In this document: positions 27,457-37,467 of the stretch, in pieces
Position numbering within the stretch: the first letter of the stretch is position 1
Layout: each line of letters begins with the position of its first letter
From: Candidatus Doudnabacteria bacterium
Lineage (GTDB): Bacteria > Patescibacteriota > Doudnabacteria > UBA920 > O2-02-FULL-48-8
Assembly: GCA_037200925.1 (NCBI GenBank)
Contig: JBBCGO010000001.1
Location: 9,552 to 73,551 of the forward strand
Direction of reading: 5' to 3'
DNA: 64,000 nucleotides
The notes under the pieces: model-generated
Database searches by the model: none
Told to the model about the DNA's origin: nothing
What the model saw: the letters and a program-made list of their open reading frames with translations, nothing else
Program-made: the position numbers and the translations under genes

Positions 27457-27954
27457 ATGACAAATAAAGAATTTTTTATGGAGACGTTGAGTGCGGAAGA
27501 GCCTGCTTTTCGCAACGTGATAGAAGCTTTGCCCCAGGACAAGGTTGACTATATGCCTGACGGCAAAGGGCGAACTGCCGGGAATCTGGCTTTTCAGCTC
27601 GCCAGCCAGGCATCTTCCATCTCGTCCATCATTACATCAGGAACAGTGGACGGAAGCCAATTTAAGGTACCTGAAAAAATTCAGGTCAGCGAACTTTTGA
27701 GCTTGTTCGATAAGAATCTCAAGCAGCTGCGACTGGATCTGGCAAAGATCTCGGACGAAGGCTGGGAACAGGGCGTGGCAATTCTGGAATTTCCGGGCGG
27801 CAAGTGGGAGACGACCAAATACGGCATGGCTTGGGGATTTATATTCGATGCCATCCATCACCGCGGTCAGCTGTCAACATATCTGCGTTCTATGGGCGCA
27901 AAAGTGCCGTCCATTTACGGCGGCTCGGCTGATACCCCGCCTCCTGTATTGTAG
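27457..27954 (+). CDS. DinB/YfiT-like (DinB_2) metal-dependent hydrolase superfamily protein
   Basis: HHRGQLSTYLR motif and overall 4-helix-bundle DinB_2 pattern. Confidence 0.65.
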   Translation: MTNKEFFMETLSAEEPAFRNVIEALPQDKVDYMPDGKGRTAGNLAFQLASQASSISSIITSGTVDGSQFKVPEKIQVSELLSLFDKNLKQLRLDLAKISDEGWEQGVAILEFPGGKWETTKYGMAWGFIFDAIHHRGQLSTYLRSMGAKVPSIYGGSADTPPPVL

Positions 27955-28068
27955 GCAGCGTTGCTTGCAAAAAAAGGTTACCGGGAGTATAATTACATCA
28001 TCAATCATTTGGCCCTTAAATGGGCAAGATAAAGAGCGGCATTAGGTCGCTCTTTTTGAGCACAAAAT

Positions 28069-29217
28069 ATGGAACCATTAGCTTCAAAGATCAGGCCGAA
28101 AAGCTTGGATGAATTTGTGGGCCAAGAACATCTGGTCGGCAAGAATAAACCTCTTCGCATAGCCCTTATGGGTATGCATCTTTTTAGTTTTATCCTCTGG
28201 GGCCCGCCGGGAGTGGGCAAAACCACTTTGGCCCGGATCTATGCCAATGCTTTGGGCGCGGATTATTATGAACTTTCCGCCGTGTCTGCGGGCAAAGAAG
28301 ATATCAGAAAAATAGTTGAAAAGAAAAAAGATCTGTATTCCGGCAACAAACCCAAAGTTTTATTTTTGGATGAAATTCACAGGTTCAATAAAGCTCAGCA
28401 GGATTTTCTTTTGCCCTATGTTGAGAGCGGCGAATTAACTTTGATCGGCGCAACCACGGAGAATCCGAGCTTTGAGGTCATTCCGGCGCTGCTTTCGCGC
28501 TGCCGCGTATTCGTGCTGAATGAATTGTCTGATGATGAGATGAGTAAAATTATTGAAAGTACCGGATTCAAATTAGATAGTGCTGCAAAAGACTGGCTTA
28601 TCAGAATGAGCAATGGAGACGCCAGGCAGGCGATCACTATGCTGGAAAACACGGCGAATTTTTATAAAGATATTACTATTGAGAATCTGAAGGATACCTT
28701 GCAAAGCAAGTTCCTCCGATACGATAAAAAAGCTGAGGAGCACTATAATACCATCAGCGCGTTCATCAAATCCATGCGCGCTTCGCAAGTGGATGCGGCG
28801 TTATATTATCTGGCTCGTATGGTGGAATCTGGTGAGGATCCGAAATTTATTGCCAGAAGAATGGTCGTGTTTGCTTCGGAAGATATCGGTTTGGCTGATC
28901 CTGTGGCTTTGCAGCTAGCCAATGATGTTTTCCGCGCCTGCGAAACAATCGGCTATCCTGAGTGCGCAATAAATTTATCTCACGGCGTCGCGTACCTCGC
29001 TTTGACGCCCAAGAGCCGGGATTCTTACAATGCATATTTTGAGGCTGCGGATGATGTGAAAGAATTCGGCAATTTGCCCATCCCCATGATGATCCGCAAT
29101 GCGCCGACAAAACTAATGAAAGAACTTGGCTATCACAAAGGCTACGAACTTTATCCCAAAGAAGATCTGCTGCCCGAAAAATTGAAAGGCAAGAAATATT
29201 TAAAGAAAAAGATATAA
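28069..29217 (+). CDS. rarA: replication-associated recombination protein A (AAA+ ATPase, MgsA/WRNIP family)
   Basis: [16 protein letters not shown].., Walker [10 protein letters not shown], Walker [16 protein letters not shown], and a C-terminal MgsA domain. Confidence 0.85.
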   Translation: MEPLASKIRPKSLDEFVGQEHLVGKNKPLRIALMGMHLFSFILWGPPGVGKTTLARIYANALGADYYELSAVSAGKEDIRKIVEKKKDLYSGNKPKVLFLDEIHRFNKAQQDFLLPYVESGELTLIGATTENPSFEVIPALLSRCRVFVLNELSDDEMSKIIESTGFKLDSAAKDWLIRMSNGDARQAITMLENTANFYKDITIENLKDTLQSKFLRYDKKAEEHYNTISAFIKSMRASQVDAALYYLARMVESGEDPKFIARRMVVFASEDIGLADPVALQLANDVFRACETIGYPECAINLSHGVAYLALTPKSRDSYNAYFEAADDVKEFGNLPIPMMIRNAPTKLMKELGYHKGYELYPKEDLLPEKLKGKKYLKKKI

Positions 29218-29233
29218 AAAAAGAACCGGAGTG

Positions 29234-30772
29234 TTATTCCAGCTCGGTCCTCGCAGGCGGTTTGCTTGTGAAGTCAAACCAAACCCGCAGGATTTCTGAA
29301 CGCTTTGAGAGCACGGAAGAGATCTCTCTAACTACCGGCTCCGGCAAGTACAGGCCTTCTCCGGTCATGAAATCAGTGGTTTTGAACGGCCTGATCAATG
29401 CGGACCCTGCATAGGCCGGGGAGTCACCTCTGACCCCTGACGTCTTTGTTGCCACATAGCCAACGACTAGCTGTGAGATCTCTTTGTAGATGCCATGCCG
29501 TTTCGTGATCTCTGCTGCCCTGGCATCCGCCCAGCGAACGACAGCGATTCTCTCGGGTGTCGCAGGTGCGCCCACTACCCGAATGTAAAGCCCGGGGCCC
29601 GGAAATGGCTGCCGACTATGAACTGATTCCGGAAGGCCGACTGATTTGGCCAGTTCCCTTACTTCGTACTTGAACAAATGGCGCAACGGGTGAAGCATGG
29701 CAAATCCTTCGAGCTCAAGGTCGTTGTGGTGCCTGACTATCTGCTGGCCTCCTGTTCTTCCCGATTCGATCAAATCCGGAGCCAAGGTTCCCTGGGGAAT
29801 ATAGGTTGCCCCAAATCCTAGTGCTTCGGAGATGAGGATCTTTCCATACTCTTGCTGAAAGGCCAAACGTTTATCCGGCCCATAGGTCAACGAGGACAAG
29901 GCCGAAGCGAACTCCTCATGCGCGCTGATGATTCGCCAATCGCCGCCGATGAAACGTGCTGTAGTTTCGATCTCCGCAACCTCACCTTCGCGGAGTTGGT
30001 TTGCGTCAATGGTGAAATAGCGAAGACGAGCTCCGAGGACGGCAGAAAGTATCCGAGCAGTGTAGGAGGAGTCCACGCCACCGCTAAACGGGAGCACGAC
30101 CTTTCCATCACCGACCTGGTCGAGCACTTCCTGCTGGATCGATTCCGTGATGTTTGACGGCTCCCAGTCTTCCTCGCAGTCTGCGATTTTTTTCACGAAG
30201 TTGCTGAGTATTGCAGGGCCGTATTCAGACTGGGTTGCTTCAGGATGGAACTGCACAGCCCAGATGTTGAGATCCAGGTTGACCATCGCTCCCACCCCAC
30301 CCGATGAAGTTTGGGCGATCGGTTTGAATCCGCGGCCGGCCGTAATCACTGAATCGCCATGGCTGGCCCAGACAGTCTGAGTCTGAGGCGTTTGATGAAA
30401 CAGAAGGGTAGGGCTGGTGGAGGTAATACCGGATTTCCCGTATTCTTCCTTGGCTTTCTCAACTCTCCCTCCGAAACGGTGAGCTAAGTATTGCATGCCG
30501 TAGCAGATGCCAAGTATCGGAACATGCCGGCCTTTTCGTTTCAGACCAAAGATGCTTTGCGGCGGTTTCGGCGCATCTTCGTCAGTCACGCTTTGTCCGC
30601 TGCCTGACAGGATAATGGCTTTCACCTCCTGATTTTTCTTCAGCCAGACTTCAGCTTTTTTCGGATCAAGGATAGCTGAACGGATCTTGGAGGATTCTCT
30701 CAGGACCCTGCCGATGTTTTGGGTCAACTGGCCACCCAGCTCGATTATGAGCACTTGCGGTTCAGAAGTCAC
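29234..30772 (-). CDS. guaA: GMP synthase (glutamine-hydrolysing)
   Basis: GATase region ILGICYGMQY and PP-loop SGGVDSS. Noticeably higher GC than its neighbours. Convergent with rarA. Confidence 0.9.
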   Translation of the reverse strand: MTSEPQVLIIELGGQLTQNIGRVLRESSKIRSAILDPKKAEVWLKKNQEVKAIILSGSGQSVTDEDAPKPPQSIFGLKRKGRHVPILGICYGMQYLAHRFGGRVEKAKEEYGKSGITSTSPTLLFHQTPQTQTVWASHGDSVITAGRGFKPIAQTSSGGVGAMVNLDLNIWAVQFHPEATQSEYGPAILSNFVKKIADCEEDWEPSNITESIQQEVLDQVGDGKVVLPFSGGVDSSYTARILSAVLGARLRYFTIDANQLREGEVAEIETTARFIGGDWRIISAHEEFASALSSLTYGPDKRLAFQQEYGKILISEALGFGATYIPQGTLAPDLIESGRTGGQQIVRHHNDLELEGFAMLHPLRHLFKYEVRELAKSVGLPESVHSRQPFPGPGLYIRVVGAPATPERIAVVRWADARAAEITKRHGIYKEISQLVVGYVATKTSGVRGDSPAYAGSALIRPFKTTDFMTGEGLYLPEPVVREISSVLSKRSEILRVWFDFTSKPPARTELE

Positions 30773-30887
30773 ACAGCCTCCTTCGGCGGGTGAATGTACT
30801 AGGCCAAATTATAGCTAAAATAGCGCGGTAAAAGCAATAATCAATTCGCCTTGGGGAAAAGATTAAAATTCAGTATAATACTGGGGC

Positions 30888-32345
30888 ATGTTACACATCG
30901 GACGCAATATTTTAAGCCTGCTTGTTTCAAGGATACTGGCCGCAGTCATCCTGTTTTTAATTTACAACCGGCTGATACAGTATCTGGGCCCTGATATCGC
31001 CGGTCAGTATGGATTGCTTGCCGCGTATCTCACCGTATTCACTTTTTTCGTGGATCTGGGCATGCAGCAGCTGGTCATCAAGAAGGTCAGCGAAAATAAA
31101 GCAGAGGCATCGAAATATTTGGGCAATTATTTCAGCATCCAATTCCTGTTGGGCCTGGGGTTCATGCTGATCCTGGACGTGATCGTTCTGACAGCCCACT
31201 ATCCTCCGTTGGTCAAGCATTCATTATTCATCACGGGCATAAGCCTTCTTTTATCCTCTTTGACCATGCCGCTTATGGCGATCATCAATGCGTTTCAGCG
31301 GCTGGTGGTCATCGCGCGGGTGAACTTTCTTAATTCCGTGATCAATGCCGGAATGATGATCGCGGCCATAGTTTTCCGCAAGAATATTTTTTTTCTGGCA
31401 TTCATCCCGGGGATCGTCGCGATTTTTGATATTCTGATGTACAGCTACTTTGTCCATAAGAATTTCACACCGTTCGGCCTAAAATTCGATTTTGGATTTT
31501 GGAAAAGCCTGTTCGTCTGGAACATGCCGTTCATGTTCCTGACGATCTTCAGCATTTACAACCGCATCGACACTTTAATTCTCCCTCATCTGCGGAGCTT
31601 TACCGAAAACGGATATTATACCTATGCTTATAAATTTTGGGACACTTTGGCATTTTTGCCTGCAGTTGTCGCGGCCGCGCTCTACCCCTATTTTGCAGAA
31701 AAAATAAAAACAGGGGCGATCGAAGATGTGCGGAAAGTACTTACCACTTACACGCGTTATATGATCGCCGTGGGCATTCCTCTAAGTATGGGCGCTTATC
31801 TGTTGTCAGGGAGGATCATCCAGGCTTTCATCCCTGACGGAAAGTTTGCGCCGGCAGCGACCGCTCTTTGGCTTCTGATATCCGCTGTCTCAGTCCTATT
31901 TATTTATGTGCCGGTAAACAGCGTGATCATTTCTCAGAAAACCAAAACCGCAACCATAATCACGGGATTCAATCTTTTATTTAACGTGGTCTTGAATTTG
32001 CTTCTGATCCCGAAGTTCGGTTTTGTCGTGGCCGCGGTTTTGACTTTGTGTTCTGAAATGGTTCAGCTGATCGGCTACACCTATGTGGTTCAGACTAAAA
32101 TAATCTCCTTTCCTTATCTGATAAATTTTGTGAAGCCGATTTTAGCTTCAGCTGTTATGGGATTCGCAGTTTATTTTTTTCGCGACCACAACCTGTGGCT
32201 TTTGATTGCCGGCGGAGGGGTGATCTACGCGATCGTGCTGATCTCGCTGCGATTCTTCCGCAGAGAAGATGTCGAACTGTTAAAAGCATCCTTTAATTTT
32301 ACAAAGAAACTGGAACCGGATGTGCCGCCTGTCACACACTTATGA
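30888..32345 (+). CDS. polysaccharide flippase (Wzx/MOP superfamily)
   Basis: 485-aa, 12-14 TM protein with Wzx-like topology. Predicted leaderless: TATAAT at 30874-30879, 8 nt before the ATG. Confidence 0.7.
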   Translation: MLHIGRNILSLLVSRILAAVILFLIYNRLIQYLGPDIAGQYGLLAAYLTVFTFFVDLGMQQLVIKKVSENKAEASKYLGNYFSIQFLLGLGFMLILDVIVLTAHYPPLVKHSLFITGISLLLSSLTMPLMAIINAFQRLVVIARVNFLNSVINAGMMIAAIVFRKNIFFLAFIPGIVAIFDILMYSYFVHKNFTPFGLKFDFGFWKSLFVWNMPFMFLTIFSIYNRIDTLILPHLRSFTENGYYTYAYKFWDTLAFLPAVVAAALYPYFAEKIKTGAIEDVRKVLTTYTRYMIAVGIPLSMGAYLLSGRIIQAFIPDGKFAPAATALWLLISAVSVLFIYVPVNSVIISQKTKTATIITGFNLLFNVVLNLLLIPKFGFVVAAVLTLCSEMVQLIGYTYVVQTKIISFPYLINFVKPILASAVMGFAVYFFRDHNLWLLIAGGGVIYAIVLISLRFFRREDVELLKASFNFTKKLEPDVPPVTHL

Positions 32346-33447
32346 GAATAGGAATTGAAGCTGAGCGGGCGAATCTGCCGAATCCGACCGGGGTGGAGCA
32401 TTACGCGGTCCAGATGATAAAAAATTTCGCACGGCTAGATCCGCACAATGAATATGTTCTGTATTTCCGGACCAAGCCTCAGGATTGGTTCTACCAATTG
32501 CCGAAAAATTTTACCTGCAAGATCATTCCGTTCCCGAAATATTGGACGCAGATAAGAATTTCCTGGAAATGCTCACACATCCGGTCGATGTTCTGTTTAT
32601 CATGGCCTCGGCCTTGCCGCTTTGGCATCCGAAAAGATCAGTAGTAACCGTGCATGATGTGGCCTGGAAGATCTTTCCCGGGGCATTTACCGTATTCATG
32701 AGAAATTACCTGGAATTGTCCACGCGGTTCGCGGTCAGAACTGGCAAAAAGATCTTGGCTGCTTCCGAATCCACAAAAAATGATATTGTGAAATTTTACG
32801 GCGCAGATCCTGAAAAAATTGCGGTCACTTATCTGGGGTTGGGCGGAACTTTCGGGCCGATGGACTATCAGGAAGCGCAGCCAATACTCGATAAATATGA
32901 TCTGGTTTACCAGAAGTATGTTCTGTTTGTCGGCACCATTCAGCCGCGGAAAAATATTGTCCAGTTAGTTGAAGCGTTCCAGAAGATCAGGAAAGAAAAT
33001 CATGTTGAAGAAAAACTGATAATTGCGGGAGTCAGGGGATGGCTCTGGGAGCCGATCTTAAAAAAGATCAAGATGGCGGGCTTGGACGGCTCGATCAAGT
33101 ACCTTGATTACGTGAAAAAAGAGGATCTGCCGGCCCTGATCGCGGGGGCGCGGCTTTTGACACTGCCGGCTCTTTATGAGGGTTTTGGCCTGCCACCGCT
33201 TGAGGCAATGGCGTCCGGAGTGCCTGTGGTTGTCTCAAATGTATCATCTTTGCCCGAAGTTGTAGGGGAAGCCGGGATCCTGGTGGATCCGGGCTCCGCG
33301 GAATCCATTGCAGACGGGTTGCTGCGGGTTTTGATGGATAATGACCTGCGGCAGCAGATGATCGCGAAAGGGTTGGAAAGGGCAAAATTGTTTACCTGGG
33401 AAAACACCGCGAAAAAAACATTGGAAGTGTTTGAAAGCTTAAAATGA
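32342..33447 (+). pseudogene. family 4 (GT4) glycosyltransferase interrupted by a single +1 frameshift near 32565
   Basis: The N-terminal GT4 domain reads in frame 2 (32342..32644) and the rest in frame 1 (32485..33447). The expected continuation ..WTQIRI/LEMLTHPVDVLF.. is recovered by shifting frame within the AATTTCCTGG run. The C-terminal part carries an EX7E-type motif. Confidence 0.65.
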
Positions 33448-34718
33448 AAGAACTCCTGATAATAATTTTTACTATCGCTTCACTGGCCTGCTTCTGGCAG
33501 TTTTTGCGAAATTTCAAATTGTCTCCGCTGTGGCTGATGCTTTCCGCATGGTTTATTTCGATCGCGATATCAGAACTGCATTTATCTAGTTTGGAACTGC
33601 CGTGGCCCGGCAAATATTGGTTATTGATCTTCGTATCGCTTGCAAGCTTTGCTTTGGGAGTTTGGGTATTTGATAAAGTCTGGCGCAGGTACCGATGGTG
33701 GCAAAAGTGCAAATTGTTGTTACGAAACAATCTTTCCGTCAGAAACTTAAGGATAGTGATCTATATTCTATTCCTGGTTTCTTTGGGAGCTTTATATTTG
33801 TTTTATAAAAAATCCGGAAATTTTCCGATTTTGGCGAGCGACCCGGACCAGTTCAGATTTATCGCAGACACTCAGGTGCCGGGTTTGATCAATTATTTGG
33901 CTCAATTGTCCAGAGTTTTCATTCCGTTGGCTTTCTTTTTAATGTTTTACCAGGAATTTAACTGGCGCAAGCATTGGGATCTGGTGTTGATTTGCCTCAT
34001 CGGCACCGGATGCATAATATTATTTGTTTCTCGCACCCAAATCTTCTTTATTGACCTGTGGGTCATGGGTTTGTATCTTCTGATGCGCAAGCCCAATCTG
34101 AAGCAAGCTTTGAAATTTTATCCGTTTTTTTTACTGGTGTCCCTGGTGGTTCTGGCCGCAGTTCCGCTGATCAGGCAATATCGCAGTTACGGCTCGGATT
34201 ATCTTGGTATGATCACGGGCATTGATACTTCGGGTAACAACAAAATTGAGAAAGCCTTGCTCCCTATATATATCGGCGTTTCGTTCAACCAGCAGGCATT
34301 GCTGCATGCCGAGCTTTATTATCAGACGCATCCGGTGCAGCACGGCAAGGTGTCATTGGACCCATTCACGAATATTTTCGGCAAAGTCATCAAGCCGCTC
34401 CAAAAATTGAAGTCCAATTATGATCTGGGCGCGATCTTCTATTCCTGGTGGAACACCGGAACTTACCTGTTCCCGTTTGTGCAGGATTTCGGCATATCGG
34501 CATTTTATTTCGTGCCGTTCCTGATCGCCGGGCTTTTGACTTTGGCTTGGCATTATTGGAAAACTTCGCCGAATTTTTTGTCTTTGAATTTCTACGCTTA
34601 CGCGCTGTTTTTCATCGTCTTTAGCGTGTATATGTCATTCACAGTCCGCGCGGAGCTGTATTTGGATATAGCTTTGCTGTTTGTAAGTTATTTGTATGTT
34701 TCAAGATATGAAAGTTAG
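33444..34718 (+). CDS. polytopic membrane protein, possibly an O-antigen/oligosaccharide polymerase (Wzy-like)
   Basis: 424 aa with about 11 TM helices. Located between glycosyltransferases and the flippase. Confidence 0.45.
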   Translation: MKELLIIIFTIASLACFWQFLRNFKLSPLWLMLSAWFISIAISELHLSSLELPWPGKYWLLIFVSLASFALGVWVFDKVWRRYRWWQKCKLLLRNNLSVRNLRIVIYILFLVSLGALYLFYKKSGNFPILASDPDQFRFIADTQVPGLINYLAQLSRVFIPLAFFLMFYQEFNWRKHWDLVLICLIGTGCIILFVSRTQIFFIDLWVMGLYLLMRKPNLKQALKFYPFFLLVSLVVLAAVPLIRQYRSYGSDYLGMITGIDTSGNNKIEKALLPIYIGVSFNQQALLHAELYYQTHPVQHGKVSLDPFTNIFGKVIKPLQKLKSNYDLGAIFYSWWNTGTYLFPFVQDFGISAFYFVPFLIAGLLTLAWHYWKTSPNFLSLNFYAYALFFIVFSVYMSFTVRAELYLDIALLFVSYLYVSRYES

Positions 34719-35658
34719 CATCATTACGCTTCCGTTCAGGAAAACTTACCTGATCCCGCCCGTTTATGATGCGATATTTGCGCAGACTCACAAGGATCTG
34801 GAAGTGATCGCGGTCATAAATGATCCGGCTGACGGCTCAAAAGAAGTTCTCCAAAGAGATTATCCGAAGGTAAAAATAATTGAGCCCGGAGCAAATTTGT
34901 TTTTTGACAAGGGTGTGAATTTGGGCGTTAGAAATTCTACCGGTGAGTTTATCCAGCTCGTCAATGACGATCTGCTTTTGGAACCCAATTACATTGAAGA
35001 GATGCTGAAGGCTTTTGCTGACTCCAAAGTTGCCGCTGCAAGCGGGAAATTATTGCGGTACAACTTTGAAACCAAGGAGAGATCAAAAATTATTGATACG
35101 ACCGGCATTATTATGTCCGCTTCCGGCCGGGCCAGAGACAGGGGGCAGCTACAGGAAGATCGCGGACAATTTGATGATCAAAAAGATGTTTTTGGCGTGT
35201 CGGGAGCAGGCCCCATGTACAGAAGAAGCGCTTTGGAAAAAGTAAAATTCGAACAAGAATACTTTGATGAAGATTTTGTGATGTACTGGGAGGACGTGGA
35301 CCTGTCGTGGAGATTCAATAACGCCGGATTCAAAAATGTTTACGTGCCGACTGCTGTGGCTTATCACGGTCGGACTGCCGGACAAGCTGAAGGCGGCTAT
35401 CTGCATATTTTGAAATTCATCAAGCATCATCAAAAATTATCCCCGCAGATCCTGAGATGGAATTACAAAAACCATATTTTGATGTATATTAAGAACGCCA
35501 AACATATATGGCACCCGGCATTTGTCGGCCGCGAGATCGCCATGCTAGGATACATTCTGGTTTTTGAACCCGGCACTTTGAAAGTCCTTCCTGAATTGTT
35601 CCGCCAGATCCCGAAAATCTGGGCAAAAAGAAAAGCCGCACCAGTTGGCACGGCATAA
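34696..35658 (+). CDS. family 2 glycosyltransferase
   Basis: GT2 fold with a DxD-type VNDDLLL motif. It overlaps the upstream gene. Confidence 0.7.
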   Translation: MFQDMKVSIITLPFRKTYLIPPVYDAIFAQTHKDLEVIAVINDPADGSKEVLQRDYPKVKIIEPGANLFFDKGVNLGVRNSTGEFIQLVNDDLLLEPNYIEEMLKAFADSKVAAASGKLLRYNFETKERSKIIDTTGIIMSASGRARDRGQLQEDRGQFDDQKDVFGVSGAGPMYRRSALEKVKFEQEYFDEDFVMYWEDVDLSWRFNNAGFKNVYVPTAVAYHGRTAGQAEGGYLHILKFIKHHQKLSPQILRWNYKNHILMYIKNAKHIWHPAFVGREIAMLGYILVFEPGTLKVLPELFRQIPKIWAKRKAAPVGTA

Positions 35659-35678
35659 AACGTTATTTGCTTGGACCA

Positions 35679-36002
35679 TCAGGTCACCGATCCGATTGCT
35701 TTCGAGCGTGTCAGGGCAGATACTGCTTCTGCGCGCATCGCCAGGAGCTGGTCAGTGATAGTGACTACAATATTTTCAACGGCATCATGCAGAAGTTGGT
35801 CTGACCAATAGCGATTGATCACATCGTCAATGAATTCGATGCGCTGGTCATAAAACAACCAGTTCTTTGCTTGGCGGATGTGGTCTTCGCCGACTCGCTT
35901 GACGACGTATTCGAGAAGCGAAGATTGGACTGCTATCATCGCGATCGGATTCTGAAGCCGTGTGTTCATGCTCAAGCCTCCGTGAATTTGTAAGATTGTC
36001 AA
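35679..36002 (-). CDS. hypothetical small protein (opposite strand, higher GC)
   Basis: 107-aa ORF with no recognisable motif. The start is uncertain. Confidence 0.3.
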   Translation of the reverse strand: MTILQIHGGLSMNTRLQNPIAMIAVQSSLLEYVVKRVGEDHIRQAKNWLFYDQRIEFIDDVINRYWSDQLLHDAVENIVVTITDQLLAMRAEAVSALTRSKAIGSVT

Positions 36003-36040
36003 AATTTTATCAAATTATAAAAGCTAGGTCAAACGGAATT

Positions 36041-36895
36041 ATGGATCTGTCGGTAATAATCCTTAATTACAACACTAAAGACTTTCTCCAAAAATGCCTG
36101 GGGTCGGTTTTTGCGTCGCTAACGAATTCTCAATTTGAAGTGATCGTTCCCGACAACGGTTCAATCGACGGCAGCATAGAAATGGTCAAGAATAATTTTC
36201 CGCAAGTTAAATTGATTGAAAATAATGCCAATCTGGGGTTTTCTGCCGGAAATAACGTCGCTCTGCGGCAAGCTTTGGGACGATATTGTTTGTTGCTTAA
36301 TTCAGACACGGAGGTTAAGCCCGACACTCTCGATCTATCTATAAAATACATGGACGCTCATCAAGATGTAGGTGTAATGGGCTGCAAGGTGCTTTTGCCT
36401 GATGGAAAATTGCATGAAGCATCCCGGCGCAGATTCCCAAATCCGGCCAACGCATTCCTAAGGCTTTTCGGTTTCCGTAAATTCAGTGGTTACAATTATC
36501 AAAACATTCCGGTTGACCGGGAAATGGAGGTGGATTCCGTGGTCGGCGCATATCTTTTGATCCGAAAATCGGTGATGGACAAGATCGGACTGCTTGATGA
36601 GGAATTTTTTATGTACGGCGAAGACCTGGACTGGTGCTGGCGCGTGAAGGAAGCCGGATTTAAAGTCGTGTACTATCCGGGGGCAGAGATCACTCATTTC
36701 CTGTACGGTTCATCCAAAGCTGTGGCATTCCGCTCGGTGAGGTGGGCGCATACGGCGATGAAGATCTTTTATCTCAAGCATTATGCTGCTAAAAATAATT
36801 GGTTGTTCAACCAGTTCGTGTATTTGGGAATTAGCACTCGGATGTATCTGGTGCTAGTAGTTAACCTTTTTAGAAAAAATAAAACAGTTCATTGA
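36041..36895 (+). CDS. family 2 glycosyltransferase
   Basis: LSVIILNYN, DNGS and NSDTEV GT2 motifs. Confidence 0.8.
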   Translation: MDLSVIILNYNTKDFLQKCLGSVFASLTNSQFEVIVPDNGSIDGSIEMVKNNFPQVKLIENNANLGFSAGNNVALRQALGRYCLLLNSDTEVKPDTLDLSIKYMDAHQDVGVMGCKVLLPDGKLHEASRRRFPNPANAFLRLFGFRKFSGYNYQNIPVDREMEVDSVVGAYLLIRKSVMDKIGLLDEEFFMYGEDLDWCWRVKEAGFKVVYYPGAEITHFLYGSSKAVAFRSVRWAHTAMKIFYLKHYAAKNNWLFNQFVYLGISTRMYLVLVVNLFRKNKTVH

Positions 36896-37467
36896 GCTAA
36901 AAAAAGAGTGGACGATCAGTGATGTCCACTTGTTGCGTTCCCGGGACCCCAGACCTTCAGATAAGACTGCGATTGCTCGCCGGGCGCTTTTTCTGCGCCT
37001 GTTTGTTGTCGTTATCTTTATGTTGGGCTATCCCAGCTGCTCTTTCTGTTTCTGCCTTCCCAGCAGTGATTGACCTACAGGGTGTTTCCGGTTGTTCCTT
37101 GGGGTCGTGGCGTGCGCCACCCAGTACGCTAGATTTTCTTCGTGCTGATGATTCGGGCGTGCGTTTTGCGGTGCAGGATCCGGTCCAGCATCTGCATCGT
37201 CCTCCACAGGAAGATCTTGCATGTGGCGTTCCCGTTTGTGGCGGTCAGGCCTGTCTGCGCGGTCCGGAGTACGGCCGCGGACGGCGGCAGGGGTGCGGAC
37301 TTGCTCTACGATGCCTCAAACATCCTCCTGTCTTGGCTTCAACGTCTCCGCACCTAACTCAGACGTGAGCTTAGAAAAAGTATAGTCTTCAATTAAATTA
37401 CTGTCAAAAATTATCAACAACTATCAATTATTTTACTTTATGTCCGAATTTGATTATAATTAATCTT

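Noticed and set aside
36919-37368. 149-aa ORF spanning the GC-rich intergenic island
   Set aside because: Cys/Arg/Pro-rich composition, no motifs, no RBS. Treated as non-coding DNA and reported as a finding instead.
36896-37449. tmRNA, SRP RNA or 6S RNA in the GC-rich island
   Set aside because: I searched both strands by eye for a tRNA-like T-loop (GGTTCGA/GGTTCAA), an ANDENYALAA-type tag frame and the SRP domain IV motif (AGGTCCGGAAGGAAGCAGC). None is present.
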